DNA from: Candidatus Nealsonbacteria bacterium RIFCSPLOWO2_01_FULL_43_32
GTDB taxonomy: Bacteria > Patescibacteriota > Minisyncoccia > Minisyncoccales > MHMH01
Direction: 5' to 3'
NCBI GenBank assembly: GCA_001819335.1
Contig: MHMH01000006.1
Coordinates: 1 to 60,591 of the forward strand
Length of the DNA: 60,591 nucleotides
Part shown: positions 46,399 through 55,172 of the stretch, piece by piece
Numbering within the stretch: the stretch's first letter is position 1
Layout: each line of letters opens with the position of its first letter
Made by a program: the position numbers and the translations under genes
The notes under the pieces: model-generated
Database searches by the model: none
Told to the model about the DNA's origin: nothing
What the model saw: the letters and a program-made list of their open reading frames with translations, nothing else

Positions 46399-47664
46399 TT
46401 ATATTTTAATTCTTTTAATATCCGCTCCTAATCTTTGGAGCCGTTCCTCTATCCTCTCATAGCCCCGGTCTATTTGGTAAATATTATCAATAGTTGTTTT
46501 GCCTTGAGCCATGAGGCCGGCGATAATCAGCGCCGCTCCGCCCCTCAAATCAAGGCTGCCCAATTCCCTGCCCTGAAGCTTGGTGGGGCCGTTGACAATG
46601 GCCCGGTGCGGATCGGCAAAATAAATCTCTGCTCCCATCTTATTGACTTCTTCAAGATATTTCAAGCGTCCTTCGTAAAGCGGGTCGTGAACCAGCGTAG
46701 AACCGGGCGACTGCGTGGCCAGCACGCCGAAAGCCGACTGCAGGTCAGAAGGCATGCCCGGATACGGCAGGCTTTGGATTTTATCGATTTTCAACTTATT
46801 CCAGGGCAAAACCCTGATGGCGCTCTTGCCCACCCGCTTGAGAGGCACGCCGAAATCTTTGAGCTTTTTGAGGGGCAGTTCTAAAAAAGCATTTTCCACG
46901 TTTTTAACCAGCACATTCCCCCTGGTCGCTGCAGCCATGATGATAAAAGTGCCAGCTTCAATCGGATCGTAAATCAAACTGTGCTTTGTCCCCTTTAAGT
47001 TCTTTTTGCCTTCGACTGTAATCTCGTGCGTGCCCTCTCCCTTGATTTTGACTCCCATCTTTTTTAGAAAGCGGGCCAGTTCCTTCACCTGATAATCCTG
47101 GTCGGCTATTTTAATCACGGTTCTTTGCGGCAAAAGAGAGGCAAAAAGCATGAGGTTCTCGGTCGCGGTCACGGAAAATTCATTCAAAACAACTTCCTTG
47201 CTTTTGCTTTTGGAAAAGTTCAATAAATAATGGCTATTATTTTTCGATACATTAACTCCCAGCTGCAAAAATCCGTCCAGGTGCGTATCAATGGGTCTTG
47301 CTCCGATAATGCAGCCGCCGGGCTGGGGAAATCTTAGTTTGCCGAATCTGGCCAGGAGCGGCCCGAAAAAAAGCACCGACCCTCGCAAAAGACCAACCAG
47401 GTCCTCTCTGATTTTTAAAGGATTGATTTGAGAATTGTTAATCTTGATTGAGCGCTGGCCGGTCCAGATAATCTGAGAGCCCATGCCTTTCATAATCTCA
47501 ATCATCCTGAAAACATCTTCAATCAAAGGCAGGTTGGCAATCTCGCAAGTTTCACGGGTTAAAAGAGTGGCAGCTAAAATCGGGAAGGCGGCGTTTTTCG
47601 CCCCCCTCACCTCAATCTCGCCCTTGAGGGGCTTGCCTCCGTTGATGATGAATTTCTCTGCCAT
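46399..47664 (-). CDS. murA: UDP-N-acetylglucosamine 1-carboxyvinyltransferase
   Basis: GAKNAAFPILAATLL and active-site PGGCIIGARPID. Confidence 0.95.
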   Translation of the reverse strand: MAEKFIINGGKPLKGEIEVRGAKNAAFPILAATLLTRETCEIANLPLIEDVFRMIEIMKGMGSQIIWTGQRSIKINNSQINPLKIREDLVGLLRGSVLFFGPLLARFGKLRFPQPGGCIIGARPIDTHLDGFLQLGVNVSKNNSHYLLNFSKSKSKEVVLNEFSVTATENLMLFASLLPQRTVIKIADQDYQVKELARFLKKMGVKIKGEGTHEITVEGKKNLKGTKHSLIYDPIEAGTFIIMAAATRGNVLVKNVENAFLELPLKKLKDFGVPLKRVGKSAIRVLPWNKLKIDKIQSLPYPGMPSDLQSAFGVLATQSPGSTLVHDPLYEGRLKYLEEVNKMGAEIYFADPHRAIVNGPTKLQGRELGSLDLRGGAALIIAGLMAQGKTTIDNIYQIDRGYERIEERLQRLGADIKRIKI

Positions 47665-47687
47665 GCTAATTTATCTTACTTTAAAAT

Positions 47688-48935
47688 CTACTTTTTGACA
47701 ACCCTGAATCTCTCTCCCAAAAATCCCGAGGTGAAAATTATTATTCCGCCGAGAACAAATATCAAAGGATAGCCGAAAGAAACAATGATTAATCCTCCGA
47801 TTAAAGCTCCCAGGGCCGTGGCCAAAGGGGAAAAAATCGTATCAATGGCCGCCGATTCCTCGGGATATCCCTTTAATTTGGCGGCCATCATCCCCGACCG
47901 GCCCGCCCCGGCCATCAAGCCGCCCAGATACTTCCCGATCATGATGATAAAGACTGAATAAAAATTCAGGATGCTGGCGAAACTCCCCAATAATATAGAA
48001 AAGATACCGGTAATCTGGGCACCCCGGAAAACATTTGTTTCGCTTTTAAAGCGGGCCACCTGCTTTATCGCCCACAGGGAAATCGGCAAAAAGATAAAAG
48101 ACAGCAGAGAATTAAAAATTAAAATCTGGTTTTGGCTCCAGCCGAGATTTTTCAAAAACAGCACAAAAAAAGTATTGTTAAACCCGGCTAAAATCAAAAC
48201 CAAGAAAGAAGCCAAAACGGGAAAGAGAATACTCTTTGTTTTTAATGATTTAAAAACCTTCAAATAGTTCTGGCCGGACTCTGTAATTTTTACGTTTTCC
48301 GTTAAATGGCTGGTCTGGTTTTTTAATTTAACAAAACAAAAAATAGCGTTAAAAAACTGCAGAATCAAGCTGAAGATAAAAACGCCGATAAAATCAAACT
48401 TCCAAATCAATAATGCCCCGACGGCCGGCGCTATGGCGTCGGCGTAAAAGGGGGCGGAATAGAACCAGGCAAAAGCCCGGGACGGATTTTCCAGCTTTGA
48501 GCCCATCATCATCGCGCGGGAACTGACGAAAAACAAACTGGCCGAAATGCCCAAGATCGCCTGGAAAAGATAAAAAATGAACAGATTGGGAAACAAAATC
48601 ATCGCCAGCGCATAAGCTCCATAGCCCAATACCCCGACGGCCGCCAAAACTGCGGGATTGATTCGATGATTCAAAAAACCGACCAGGGGCGCAAAAAGGG
48701 CAATCGGCAGATAAATCAAAAAATTGGTGTAGCCGATTTGGGGCAAAGAAAATGACTTGGCGACTAAAAACAGCGGGAAATACAAAGAAAAAAGCTTATA
48801 GCCGAACATCAAAAAGAAATGGGTAATGGCGGCATCTCTGGTAATCTTCTCAATTTTCGGCAAAGTAAACATATTAAACCATTCTAACAAAATAAATAGT
48901 GGGTAGCCAACATGGTTGGTTACCCACTCTTTCAC
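47688..48935 (-). CDS. MFS-type transporter
   Basis: About 12 hydrophobic helices. The start could be the internal Met22. Confidence 0.6.
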   Translation of the reverse strand: MKEWVTNHVGYPLFILLEWFNMFTLPKIEKITRDAAITHFFLMFGYKLFSLYFPLFLVAKSFSLPQIGYTNFLIYLPIALFAPLVGFLNHRINPAVLAAVGVLGYGAYALAMILFPNLFIFYLFQAILGISASLFFVSSRAMMMGSKLENPSRAFAWFYSAPFYADAIAPAVGALLIWKFDFIGVFIFSLILQFFNAIFCFVKLKNQTSHLTENVKITESGQNYLKVFKSLKTKSILFPVLASFLVLILAGFNNTFFVLFLKNLGWSQNQILIFNSLLSFIFLPISLWAIKQVARFKSETNVFRGAQITGIFSILLGSFASILNFYSVFIIMIGKYLGGLMAGAGRSGMMAAKLKGYPEESAAIDTIFSPLATALGALIGGLIIVSFGYPLIFVLGGIIIFTSGFLGERFRVVKK

Positions 48936-48947
48936 TTTTAATGGAAA

Positions 48948-49610
48948 TTACTTATTCCATCCCTCCATAATTTCAGCAAGCATCTCACCGGCTTGTTTGG
49001 CGTATTCCTGATTAGGCGCATCTCGCGATGCTAAAAGCCGCAGACAAAGCCGGCACATTCGCTTACCCCAACCACTAAGCAGTCGATTTCCTTCGGGTCC
49101 CTCGGCAAGTTCGCGAAGTTCTTGAGGAGAAACATACCTAGTTTCGCCCTTACTTGGTTTTTCCTTAACTACACCGACGAGAATCGCAAATGCCCAATCT
49201 CCTCCAGATTTGAGCACTGCCGGATACATCGCCGCCATTGGAAGCAGAGGCGGTGTTGAAATTCCTGTTTCTTCTTTTACTTCTCGGCCAAGTTCTTGAA
49301 TGATTATTCTTTCATCAAGACCCTTGGAAGCATTATCAGCGTCTACTCCGCCTCCAGGAAGTTCCCACTCGCCAGCGAAAGAAGTTCCAGTAAGTCGTTG
49401 CCTGAGAAGGACTTTGCCTTCTTCATTGAATATACCGGCAAAAACCCCGATAGTTGGCCTAATTACAGCTGGTCGTTCATCTTTTACAATATTCCTTGCT
49501 TCCACCGCGTCACATGTCTTACATTTCCGGAACTCGGCGGTATAACGACCTCCAGCTACATACCAAAGTTCCTTTTTCCAATCTCCCCATTCATGTATGT
49601 GTTCTACCAT
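48948..49610 (-). CDS. NUDIX hydrolase with an N-terminal H/W/CxxC extension
   Basis: Nudix box GGG...REVKEETGI. N-terminal IHEWGDW...RKCKTC. Confidence 0.7.
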   Translation of the reverse strand: MVEHIHEWGDWKKELWYVAGGRYTAEFRKCKTCDAVEARNIVKDERPAVIRPTIGVFAGIFNEEGKVLLRQRLTGTSFAGEWELPGGGVDADNASKGLDERIIIQELGREVKEETGISTPPLLPMAAMYPAVLKSGGDWAFAILVGVVKEKPSKGETRYVSPQELRELAEGPEGNRLLSGWGKRMCRLCLRLLASRDAPNQEYAKQAGEMLAEIMEGWNK

Positions 49611-49768
49611 TTCGACACCTCCTTTTTATTTACCGGCGGGGCATATTTGCTTTTTTCCGTTGTTTCGCACTCTAAGCAACATCTTTCCCAAATTTGCTTA
49701 TTCTTTTTGTCCCATCTCAACTCCCACGGCGTCCAATTGTGTTTGTTCTTCTTACATTTTTTGACCAT
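49604..49768 (-). CDS. Candidate 54-aa Cys/His/Trp-rich small protein overlapping the NUDIX start
   Basis: GAGGAG SD. MVKKCKKNKHNWTPW...ERCCLEC. Its stop overlaps the NUDIX ATG (AAATGGTAG). Confidence 0.4.
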   Translation of the reverse strand: MVKKCKKNKHNWTPWELRWDKKNKQIWERCCLECETTEKSKYAPPVNKKEVSKW

Positions 49769-49859
49769 TGTTAAAAAGCTCCTCTTGAACTTTTGAATAT
49801 CTCGGATTTCTCATCTTACTTAATTGATTTCAAAATGTCAATGGCAGACGAAAAACAAA

Positions 49860-50629
49860 TTGATGGATATCCGATATCCATCAATACACATCAATCTAAA
49901 AATAATCTTTTTATCGAATCGGTATTCTTTTCATAATATCTCAGCCAATCTATGAAAAATTCCCGATACCCCGCCGGCCCGCCAAAAAAGTTAATCAAAA
50001 ATTCATTATTACTAATCAATGACGGGAAATTTTTAATGCCGAGGTAGTCTAAATGGCTAGACCACCGGTATTCCTTCTCTAAAAATTTTAAGGCGCCCTG
50101 AATCTCCAAACTAGATAAACCATTCTCTTTCCAGCCGGGCTTCCATAAATCTAGCGGGTTTGAATGGATATAACAAACCAATTGAGCCATCTGGGTGTCA
50201 TCGACAACTTGAACCTTTTTATATTTTCCCTGGAATAATACCCCACTCCTTTTATATTTGGTATTAAAAAAATTGCTGAAACCTATCCCAAGTTTTTGAT
50301 GGAACCTTGGCAGACCGTTCTCAACCTTCGGAGTAGAAAAAAGGTGATAATGATTGGGCATTAAACACCAAACAATAATATCTATTAACTTGTTTCTTGA
50401 TTTTTCCGCAGAAGTTCCATTGATGGATATCCGATTTCCATCAAATCGCCGATTGAGATTAATAACAGCATCAGTGTCGTTAAATTCGTAAAAATCATGT
50501 ACGCACCGCAAATAATCCGTGCCGTCCATAAATATCTTGCGTTTCTCAACCCCTCGATTATAGGTATGATAAAAAATAGATTCCATTAATAAATTATAAC
50601 ACGGATTGATGGATATCCGATATCCATCA
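49860..50629 (-). mobile_element. RAYT/IS200-like unit 3 with cognate hairpins (two flanking plus one internal)
   Basis: TTGATGGATAT-CCG-ATATCCATCAA at 49860-84, 50607-29 and (1 mismatch) 50420-44. Confidence 0.7.
49891..50586 (-). CDS. REP-associated tyrosine transposase-like protein, paralog 3
   Basis: HUH motif MPNHYHLF; Tyr motif CYIHSNPL. Start moved to MESIFYHTYNRG because the upstream track codons are the hairpin. Confidence 0.8.
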   Translation of the reverse strand: MESIFYHTYNRGVEKRKIFMDGTDYLRCVHDFYEFNDTDAVINLNRRFDGNRISINGTSAEKSRNKLIDIIVWCLMPNHYHLFSTPKVENGLPRFHQKLGIGFSNFFNTKYKRSGVLFQGKYKKVQVVDDTQMAQLVCYIHSNPLDLWKPGWKENGLSSLEIQGALKFLEKEYRWSSHLDYLGIKNFPSLISNNEFLINFFGGPAGYREFFIDWLRYYEKNTDSIKRLFLD

Positions 50630-50716
50630 CAATCCATCACATATACGCGAATTGATTTCGAGGCATCGATGGAGTATTATCCAATATAGAGAGATTGAAT
50701 CTCCTAAAATCGTTTT

Positions 50717-51454
50717 ATGACAAAGAAAACAAGGACAATTCTTTTTGGTACCTGCGTTTTTTTGTTCGCTCTGATAACGCCCTCAATCATTCTGTATTCC
50801 CAGGGATACAGAATTGATTTTAATCCTTTGCCCGGCGGAAAAATAATCGTCCAGACCGGCGGCTTGTATTTTAAAGTGCTGCCGGCCGGAGCCGATGTGT
50901 ACCTCAACGCAAAATTCAAAGACAAAACCGCCTTTTTCGGCAACTCCCTGCTGATTGAAAACCTTTTACCCAAAACCTATCAGGTTGAAATAAAAAAACA
51001 AGGTTATCATACCTGGCAAAAAACCTTGGAGGTTAAAGAGGCCCAGGTAACCGAAGCCAAAAACATTATCCTCTTCCCCGCAAAGCCTGATTTCACTCTC
51101 ATCAACCAAGCTATTCCTAAGATAACAGCCAATGCCACCTCCTCGGACAAAAAGAAAGTCATTGAAAAACCCAATGACTATGAAATCTGGGTTTTCTTCC
51201 CGGAGAAGGAAGAAAAGATCTTCTTAACCAGATTCTCGGGAAAAATCAACCGCGTTTTCTGGCTGACCGACGATTATTTGATTTTTAACGTGGGCGATAA
51301 AATAAAAATTGCCGAGATCGACTCTAGAGACACCTTAAACGTAATTGACCTGGTTGAGTTCAACAACCCGGAAATATTTTGGAGTCAAAAAGACAAAAAG
51401 CTATACGTGTTAAGCCTGGGCAACCGCTATCTCTTAGACAACCTGCTCCCCTAA
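50717..51454 (+). CDS. PEGA-domain membrane-anchored protein
   Basis: N-terminal TM helix. LPAGADVYLN...YQVEIKKQGYHTW fits a PEGA domain. Confidence 0.6.
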   Translation: MTKKTRTILFGTCVFLFALITPSIILYSQGYRIDFNPLPGGKIIVQTGGLYFKVLPAGADVYLNAKFKDKTAFFGNSLLIENLLPKTYQVEIKKQGYHTWQKTLEVKEAQVTEAKNIILFPAKPDFTLINQAIPKITANATSSDKKKVIEKPNDYEIWVFFPEKEEKIFLTRFSGKINRVFWLTDDYLIFNVGDKIKIAEIDSRDTLNVIDLVEFNNPEIFWSQKDKKLYVLSLGNRYLLDNLLP

Positions 51455-52126
51455 CTTTTCTATTTTCTTTTTGAAATCAGCCCACTTGACCTCGCCCTCA
51501 TCAGATGAGGCACAAATGTCTTTAAACTGGCAATACTGGCATTGCCAGTTTTGCGGCCAGTCCGCCAAGCGCTCCGGGATGATATCGGCCTTAATCTTTT
51601 TGTCCAAGTCCTCCAACCCAGTTAAAAGACCCTGGACTAGTTTAGGATTATACGAAATGATGAAATCTTTCAGCTCCGAAGTATCTTTGCTCATATAAAG
51701 CAGAATGCCCTTCTCAATTTTGAAGTAATGCAGATAAAGCTGAATTTGATTGACGTTTTCTTCTTTGGGCTCTTGCAGTTTCCTGAAAATCATGCTGTTC
51801 ATGCTTTTGAAATCAACCACGTAAAGTTCGTTGTTCAGGGTGATGATGGCATCGGCTCTGCCTGAGACCAGAGCTTGCGGAGGAATCTGAACTTCGGAAG
51901 AACGGACTATGCCCAGGCTGAAAAGAGTGTTTAAAATCTGCATTTGGATATAATCGCCGTGGTCAAACAGCCTTAAAATACGCGCCTCCATTTGCTCCCG
52001 GGGCACGTTTTTAAACTTAAAAAAAATAGCCCGGCCGCATTTGCCGGCGTCCGTAATGTAAAAATGATACTGTTCCCTATCTCGATGCCTGTCCAAATAA
52101 AATTGGTCAATCAGCTCCTTGAGCAT
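51434..52126 (-). CDS. Cas4-like PD-(D/E)xK nuclease with 4-Cys cluster
   Basis: N-terminal C (DAGKCGR). GRADAI...VVDFKS. QIQLYLHY. C-terminal CQYCQFKDIC. Confidence 0.65.
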   Translation of the reverse strand: MLKELIDQFYLDRHRDREQYHFYITDAGKCGRAIFFKFKNVPREQMEARILRLFDHGDYIQMQILNTLFSLGIVRSSEVQIPPQALVSGRADAIITLNNELYVVDFKSMNSMIFRKLQEPKEENVNQIQLYLHYFKIEKGILLYMSKDTSELKDFIISYNPKLVQGLLTGLEDLDKKIKADIIPERLADWPQNWQCQYCQFKDICASSDEGEVKWADFKKKIEKLGEQVV

Positions 52127-52127
52127 A

Positions 52128-52538
52128 TTACCGTTTCCCCCACTGTGGAGCTCGGCGGGCTCTTTTTAAGCCGAACTTCTTCCTTTCCCTCATGCGCGAA
52201 TCCCGGGTCAGAAAACCGGCTTTTTTTAACATCTGACGAGAGCCAGCGTCAAATTTTACCAAAGCCCGGGCGATACCGTGCCTGATAGCTTCGGCCTGGG
52301 CGTGCAGACCGCCGCCTTTTACTTTGACTGAAACCCTGAACTGATCAAGCGGACTTATTTTAATCAACGACTCCCTGGCCTTCTGCTGCAATGCCCGAGC
52401 CGGAAAATATTTTTCCAGCGGTTGACCGTTAGTCAAAAATTCGCCCGTGCCTTGAGCTTGCAGCCTGACCCGGGCGACGGCTGTTTTTCTCCGGCCAATG
52501 GCTTCAAAATAGGCGCTAGGTTTCTTTGTTTTTTTCAT
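52128..52538 (-). CDS. rpsI: 30S ribosomal protein S9
   Basis: GRRKTAVARV...GGG...QA.A...GIARAL...RD.R..ERKK.G..KAR. Confidence 0.95.
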   Translation of the reverse strand: MKKTKKPSAYFEAIGRRKTAVARVRLQAQGTGEFLTNGQPLEKYFPARALQQKARESLIKISPLDQFRVSVKVKGGGLHAQAEAIRHGIARALVKFDAGSRQMLKKAGFLTRDSRMRERKKFGLKRARRAPQWGKR

Positions 52539-52540
52539 AT

Positions 52541-52891
52541 TTATTCAAATTGCAATCTTTTAATCTGGATTGACCTTAATTTGTTCGTGGGCAACATGCC
52601 GAAAACGGTCTTTCTTAAAACCTCTTGCGGCTGGCTCTCAAAGAGCTTTTTGAAAGAAATTACTTTAAGGGCTCCGGGATACCCCGAATGGCTGTAATAT
52701 TTCTTCTGTTCCATTTTATTGCCGGACACTTTTATCCGGCCGACATTTTTGATCACCACGAAATCGCCACAGTCCTGGTTGGGCTGGAAACCGGGCTTGT
52801 GCTTGCCTCGCAGCAAAACAGCGATTTCGGTCGCCAATCTGCCTAATATCCTATCGGCAGCGTCAATGGTGTGAGTTTGTCTCTCCGTCAT
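52541..52891 (-). CDS. rplM: 50S ribosomal protein L13 (short form, 116 aa)
   Basis: ILGRLATEIAVLLRGKHKP and GDFVVIKN motifs. Confidence 0.9.
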   Translation of the reverse strand: MTERQTHTIDAADRILGRLATEIAVLLRGKHKPGFQPNQDCGDFVVIKNVGRIKVSGNKMEQKKYYSHSGYPGALKVISFKKLFESQPQEVLRKTVFGMLPTNKLRSIQIKRLQFE

Positions 52892-52892
52892 A

Positions 52893-53243
52893 TTATTTGA
52901 CTAATTCTATCAAGGCCATTTCAGCGCCATCGCTTTGCCTTACGCCCAGCTTGATGATCCTGGTAAAGCCTCCCCGCCTTGACTGGTATCTTGGCGCTAC
53001 GTCATCAATAAGCTTTTTTACGACTTTGGGAGTAAAAAACCGGCCAAGCCTTTTTCTTGAAGACAAATTGGCTTTTTTAGCTTGGGTGATCAATGTTTCA
53101 ACAACAATTCTTGCCTCTTTGGCCTTGGCTTCGGTTGTTTTAATCTTCTCTTCCAGGATAAGAGAGGCAGCCAAACTTTTTAATAAAGCCCGGCGCTGAG
53201 CCTTTTCTCTACTTAGTTTTCTTCTTTTTTTTCTTTTCTGCAT
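52893..53243 (-). CDS. rplQ: 50S ribosomal protein L17
   Basis: KLSR....RRALL..L...L..E.I.TT.AKAKE pattern. Overlaps the rpoA 3' end by 35 nt. Confidence 0.9.
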   Translation of the reverse strand: MQKRKKRRKLSREKAQRRALLKSLAASLILEEKIKTTEAKAKEARIVVETLITQAKKANLSSRKRLGRFFTPKVVKKLIDDVAPRYQSRRGGFTRIIKLGVRQSDGAEMALIELVK

Positions 53244-53994
53244 GTTTTTGAACTTTCTTTGTTCTCTTTACTTTTTCCTTAACTACCGAAGCTTTGACTA
53301 ATGAAGGCACCTCTTTAAAGACCTCGCTTAACAGAGAAAAGTGCCTGACCAAAATTTCTGAAGCCTGAGAGAGCGCTCCCTCCGGAGTGGTCGTGCCGTC
53401 GGTTTCTAACTCCAGAATCAAACGGTCAAAGTCGGTCCGCTCACCCACTCTCATGCTCTCAACCCGATAGCTTACTTTTCTGACCGGGGTGAAGATAGCG
53501 TCTACGGCAATGGTGCCGATTTCTAATTTGCCTTTTTTCCTGGTTTCCACCGGTTCGTAGCCCAAACCTTTTTCAATCAGGATTTCTATCTCCAGGTTAG
53601 CTGTCGGAGCGGTTAAGGTGGCCACATGGACGTCTTGATTCATTAAATCCACCTGGGAGGGCAATGCGAAATTGGCTCCTTTGACTGCTTTTTGGCCTTT
53701 AACTTTGAGGGTGGCTTGCTGGGGCTCTTCAGTATGCAATTTGAATCTTAACTGTTTGATGTTGAGCAAAATGGTAATGACGTCTTCAATCACGCCAGGG
53801 ATAGTTGAAAATTCGTGCTGAACGCCCTTGATTTTAACCTGGGTGACCGCGGCACCTTCTAAAGAAGAAAGTAAAACCCGGCGTAAAGAGTTGCCTATGG
53901 TTACACCGTAGCCCGGGTAAAGGCCGGCTATTTCAAAAATGGCTCGGTTGTCTTTTTTCTCGATGACTTTTGGCTGAAGCGGTAAGGGAATCAT
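53209..53994 (-). CDS. rpoA: RNA polymerase alpha subunit, N-terminal domain only with a Lys-rich tail
   Basis: GYGVTIGNSLRRVLLSS motif. 261 aa, ending KVKRTKKVQKHAEKKKKKKTK. No alpha-CTD sequence. Confidence 0.9.
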   Translation of the reverse strand: MIPLPLQPKVIEKKDNRAIFEIAGLYPGYGVTIGNSLRRVLLSSLEGAAVTQVKIKGVQHEFSTIPGVIEDVITILLNIKQLRFKLHTEEPQQATLKVKGQKAVKGANFALPSQVDLMNQDVHVATLTAPTANLEIEILIEKGLGYEPVETRKKGKLEIGTIAVDAIFTPVRKVSYRVESMRVGERTDFDRLILELETDGTTTPEGALSQASEILVRHFSLLSEVFKEVPSLVKASVVKEKVKRTKKVQKHAEKKKKKKTK

Positions 53995-54011
53995 ATAAAT
54001 AATATATAATC

Positions 54012-54081
54012 CGAATTCTTCGAATAGTTATCCGAATTCTACGAATATTCGTATCATTCGGATAAAAATTCGTATCATTCG
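54012..54081. promoter_or_regulatory. Dyad-symmetric array of 4 CGAAT + 4 ATTCG pentamers (copy B) between rpsD and rpoA
   Basis: CGAAT at 54012, 54021, 54033 and 54042. ATTCG at 54047, 54056, 54068 and 54077. Spacing identical to copy A. Confidence 0.7.
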
Positions 54082-54092
54082 CATTATGTTAA

Positions 54093-54701
54093 TTATCTTG
54101 AATAATACTCAAAAATAGTTGACATTTCAGCTGGCGGAGCAGCTTCTTCAAGGGTCGGTACCCCGACCACCTCTCCCTTTAGATTATCGGCATCCATCTT
54201 TAACCAAACGGGCGCTTGGTGTTTTTTTAATAGAGGCATTAAGTTGCTGAAAGCTTTCTTTTTTTGAGAAGCGGGATTAAGGGTTATCTGATCGCCTTTT
54301 TTTAATTGATAAGAAGGCAAATTCACCGCCTGTCCATTGAGGAAAAAATGACCGTGAGAAATGTGCTGGCGCGCCTGCGCCCTGGAATTCACCAGTCCCA
54401 AGCGGAGAATCACATTGTCAAAACGACTTTCCAGGGCTTCAATTAAAAGGTCGGGGGCAGGATTGTTCTCAACGTAGTTGGCCAATTGCCTTTCTCTGAG
54501 ATGATACCAATTTTTCAGTTTTTGTTTCTCCTTCAATTCTTTGCCGTATTCAGAAAGAGCGCTCATTCTTTTTTTCTTCTTGGCCATGCCCGGCGGATAG
54601 GGTTTTCTAACCAAAGTGCATTTGGGCGACAAGCATTTCTCGCCTTTTAAAAAGAGTTTTGTACCCAACCTGCGACAAATTTTACATTGATTGTTTTGCA
54701 T
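54093..54701 (-). CDS. rpsD: 30S ribosomal protein S4
   Basis: Start moved to MQNNQCKICRRLGTKLFLKGEKC (zinc-ribbon type S4). The upstream track codons overlap rpsK. Confidence 0.9.
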   Translation of the reverse strand: MQNNQCKICRRLGTKLFLKGEKCLSPKCTLVRKPYPPGMAKKKKRMSALSEYGKELKEKQKLKNWYHLRERQLANYVENNPAPDLLIEALESRFDNVILRLGLVNSRAQARQHISHGHFFLNGQAVNLPSYQLKKGDQITLNPASQKKKAFSNLMPLLKKHQAPVWLKMDADNLKGEVVGVPTLEEAAPPAEMSTIFEYYSR

Positions 54702-54708
54702 AAAATAA

Positions 54709-55164
54709 TTAGACCCTTCTCGCTTTAGGCGGACGGCAGCCGTTGTGAGGTACCGGCGTCGTATCGGTGATGGAGAGAATTTCCAACCCTTTGTTGGCCA
54801 ACGACCTGATGGCCGATTCTCGGCCACCGCCAACGCCTTTGATGAAAACAATGACTTTTTGGATACCCAGGCTGAAAAGCTTTTGGGAAATGGTTTCAGC
54901 CACTTTTGAGGCGGCGAAAGGAGTGGCTTTCTTGCTACCTTTGAAGCCAATAGCGCCGGCGCTTGAGGCAGCCAGAACATTGCCCCGGGGGTCGGTCAAG
55001 GTGATGAGAGTGTTGTTGTAAGAAGAAAAAATGTAAACTCTCCCTTCTTTCAAGCGGCTGGCAGGGGCTTCTGCGACTGCTTCTTTTTTAACAGTGGCCT
55101 CTATTTTAGCTCTTTCTTCAAGCAGCTCTTTTTCGGTTTGTTGAATAATGCGCTTTTTCCCCAT
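54709..55164 (-). CDS. rpsK: 30S ribosomal protein S11
   Basis: YIFSSYNNTLITLTD...GFKGSKK.TPFAA... Confidence 0.95.
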   Translation of the reverse strand: MGKKRIIQQTEKELLEERAKIEATVKKEAVAEAPASRLKEGRVYIFSSYNNTLITLTDPRGNVLAASSAGAIGFKGSKKATPFAASKVAETISQKLFSLGIQKVIVFIKGVGGGRESAIRSLANKGLEILSITDTTPVPHNGCRPPKARRV

Positions 55165-55172
55165 TTCTAATC

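Noticed and set aside
50704-50973. An 89-aa minus-strand ORF overlapping the PEGA gene start.
   Set aside because: It is antisense to a better-supported CDS with a TM helix and a PEGA motif, and it has no RBS.
54702-54980. The N-terminal 93 codons of the track ORF for rpsD; similar 5' extensions for holB (45371..45511), rpsP, rpmF, proS, miaA, RAYT-3 and the Kazal gene.
   Set aside because: The extensions overlap the upstream gene or a repeat hairpin and lack homology. Conserved N-termini begin at internal Met codons, so starts were trimmed.
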